DNA of 38,917 bases from a virus, in IMG/VR virus record IMGVR_UViG_3300045988_014907, one strand, 5' to 3'. Shown piece after piece: positions 37,790 through 38,917 of the stretch. Every line of letters starts with the position of its first letter. Position 1 is the stretch's first letter. The notes beneath the pieces are model-generated. The model saw only the letters and a program-made list of their open reading frames with translations, had not been told where the DNA came from and ran no database searches. A program made the translations under genes and the position numbers.

Positions 37790-38194
37790 ATGACACAAAA
37801 AGAGATTGTGACCGCGCTGCGGTGCTGTGCGGGAGACAGTTGCGAAGGATGCCCATATGATGAAATTTTTACCATAGAAGACGCAAAATGTATCGGGAAA
37901 ACGATGGGCTACGCCGCTGACCTGATCGAGAACCAGCAGCGGGAGATAGAGGTGCTGAAATCTGCTCTGCATGAAATGGCTGCTGACCTTGTGGCGTGGG
38001 GAAGGGTTGATTATTGGCTTTGCGACGATGTACCGGATAAACTGCACATGAAGTACCAGCCGAAAAATGACGGGAATTACGAAAATGAACCGTGTGTCGA
38101 ATGTGTGAAAGAATATTATTTGCAAAAAGCGAGTGGTGAAATCGATGCAAGAAGTAGGGCAGATGAAGGAGAAACCGATGGACAGACTGACTAA
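37790..38194 (+). CDS. Cys-rich hypothetical early protein
   Basis: ALRCCAGDSCEGCPYDE. SD is AAGGAGG. Confidence 0.55.
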   Translation: MTQKEIVTALRCCAGDSCEGCPYDEIFTIEDAKCIGKTMGYAADLIENQQREIEVLKSALHEMAADLVAWGRVDYWLCDDVPDKLHMKYQPKNDGNYENEPCVECVKEYYLQKASGEIDARSRADEGETDGQTD

Positions 38195-38600
38195 GCGCAG
38201 CAAAGAAACCACGCATGAAAACGGCGTATGCTGTACGCATTTTGGCGGAATGGAGTGTTTCGCGCGGAACGGCGACTGCTCCCGCGGTTGCACATGGGAG
38301 GAAGCGGCGTGGAGCCGCCTTGCCGCCTATGAGGACACCGGCCTGATGCCGAACGACGTGACCGATATGATGGCGGCAAACGGAAACGCGATTTGTGAGA
38401 TCGTGAAACTGAAGGAAGAATTGCAGGGTGCGAAGAACACCGCCGAGCAGTATGCAGCCATCAACGACACCCTGTATGACAGCAACATGAAGCTGGGCGC
38501 AGACCGCAAGGCGCTTATCAACGAGCTATGCCAACACTGCGGAAAGTACAAAAAAGCACATAAGGGTGCCTGTGACGGGTGCAAATGGAGGGAAATATGA
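38178..38600 (+). CDS. Hypothetical protein with an MDRLT...RLAAYEDTG motif (paralogue of the 375-875 product at its N-terminus)
   Basis: ATG 38178 lies 6 nt after AAGGAG. An alternative ATG is at 38163. Confidence 0.55.
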   Translation: MDRLTKRSKETTHENGVCCTHFGGMECFARNGDCSRGCTWEEAAWSRLAAYEDTGLMPNDVTDMMAANGNAICEIVKLKEELQGAKNTAEQYAAINDTLYDSNMKLGADRKALINELCQHCGKYKKAHKGACDGCKWREI

Positions 38601-38824
38601 TGGACGCTGTATTTCGCATTATCGGTATTATCGTGTGTGGGCTGGGCGGAGGCCTTTTGTGCGTTGCCATCGTCGGGTTTCTCGGGTGGTTGGTATGCTG
38701 TGCATGGATAGCGTTTAGCAACAAGTTTCGGGCTGTCTGCAAGGGGGAAAGTCTGATTTTCGAGTACCATAAGTACCACGAACAGTTTTTGGCGTGGCTG
38801 AAACTTAGCGAGGAGGATAAGTAA
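38597..38824 (+). CDS. Small membrane protein
   Basis: TM-rich FRIIGIIVCGLGGGLLCVAIVGFLGWLVCCAWIAF. ATGA overlap with the upstream gene. Confidence 0.55.
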   Translation: MMDAVFRIIGIIVCGLGGGLLCVAIVGFLGWLVCCAWIAFSNKFRAVCKGESLIFEYHKYHEQFLAWLKLSEEDK

Positions 38825-38917
38825 ATGGACGCTGTGAAGTTTTTGCAGGAAAGAGCAAGAATGTGTAAATCCATGAACGGAGATTGCAACCAGCCGTGCC
38901 CAATTACTAATTGGTGC
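38819..38917. repeat. Direct terminal repeat, copy 2 (identical to 1-99). Contains the first 93 nt of the 7-375 gene.
   Basis: Exact 99-nt identity with the start of the window. Confidence 0.95.

Noticed and set aside
1-38917. Diversity-generating retroelement, retron, or known multi-gene defence system.
   Set aside because: No reverse-transcriptase-like ORF (no YxDD motif protein) and no template/variable repeat pair near the receptor-binding gene. I recognised no ATPase, nuclease, Sir2 or TIR-type defence genes on either strand.

Overview
The window is one complete temperate siphovirus-type phage or prophage genome. The first 99 nt (1-99) are identical to the last 99 nt (38819-38917), so the unit genome is 38,818 bp, either circular or terminally redundant.

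Most genes are on the plus strand, tightly packed, with many ATGA/TGATG start-stop overlaps.

- **Early region (37.8 kb, through the junction, to 3.2 kb):** many small Cys-rich/Zn-ribbon ORFs, an ASCH protein, a Lar-like protein and an XRE regulator.
- **3.4-4.2 kb:** an N6/N4 DNA methyltransferase that appears to have lost its N-terminal domain.
- **Packaging and head (4.3-12.3 kb):** TerS, TerL, portal, a MuF-like protein with a C-terminal HExxH domain, gp10-like protein, scaffold, and a major capsid protein with an Ig-like tail.
- **Tail (12.3-19.4 kb):** major tail protein, chaperone with a -1 frameshift extension, tape measure, Dit, Tal, and a BppU-type receptor-binding protein.
- **Lysis (19.4-20.8 kb):** membrane protein, Dp-1-type holin, and a CHAP plus PG-binding endolysin.
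- **Cargo (20.9-24.4 kb):** genes of unknown function, including a self-contained promoter-to-terminator cassette next to the likely attP.
- **Lysogeny island (24.4-28.6 kb), A/T-richer by eye and mostly on the minus strand:** large serine integrase coupled to a membrane-anchored XRE regulator, a lipoprotein, and a CI-like repressor with a membrane protein.
- **Rightward early/replication-recombination module (28.6-37.8 kb):** Cro-like regulator, 3D-domain protein, tandem-repeat protein, Rad52-like SSAP, YqaJ-like exonuclease, NinB-like protein, SSB, DUF6291-like organizer, G39P-like loader, DUF1064 protein and a C5 cytosine methyltransferase.

I found no rRNA, no intact tRNA, no CRISPR array and no reverse transcriptase.

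The most unusual structure is in the CI/Cro intergenic switch. Perfect 18-bp inverted repeats bracket a 325-bp cassette. The cassette carries overlapping face-to-face promoters, an 18-codon ORF with a near-perfect SD, a compact three-way-junction RNA with twin near-identical loops, and an intrinsic terminator.

Protein family calls come from motif recognition by eye and memory, not from database searches. Host assignment (Clostridia-like Bacillota) is inference only.
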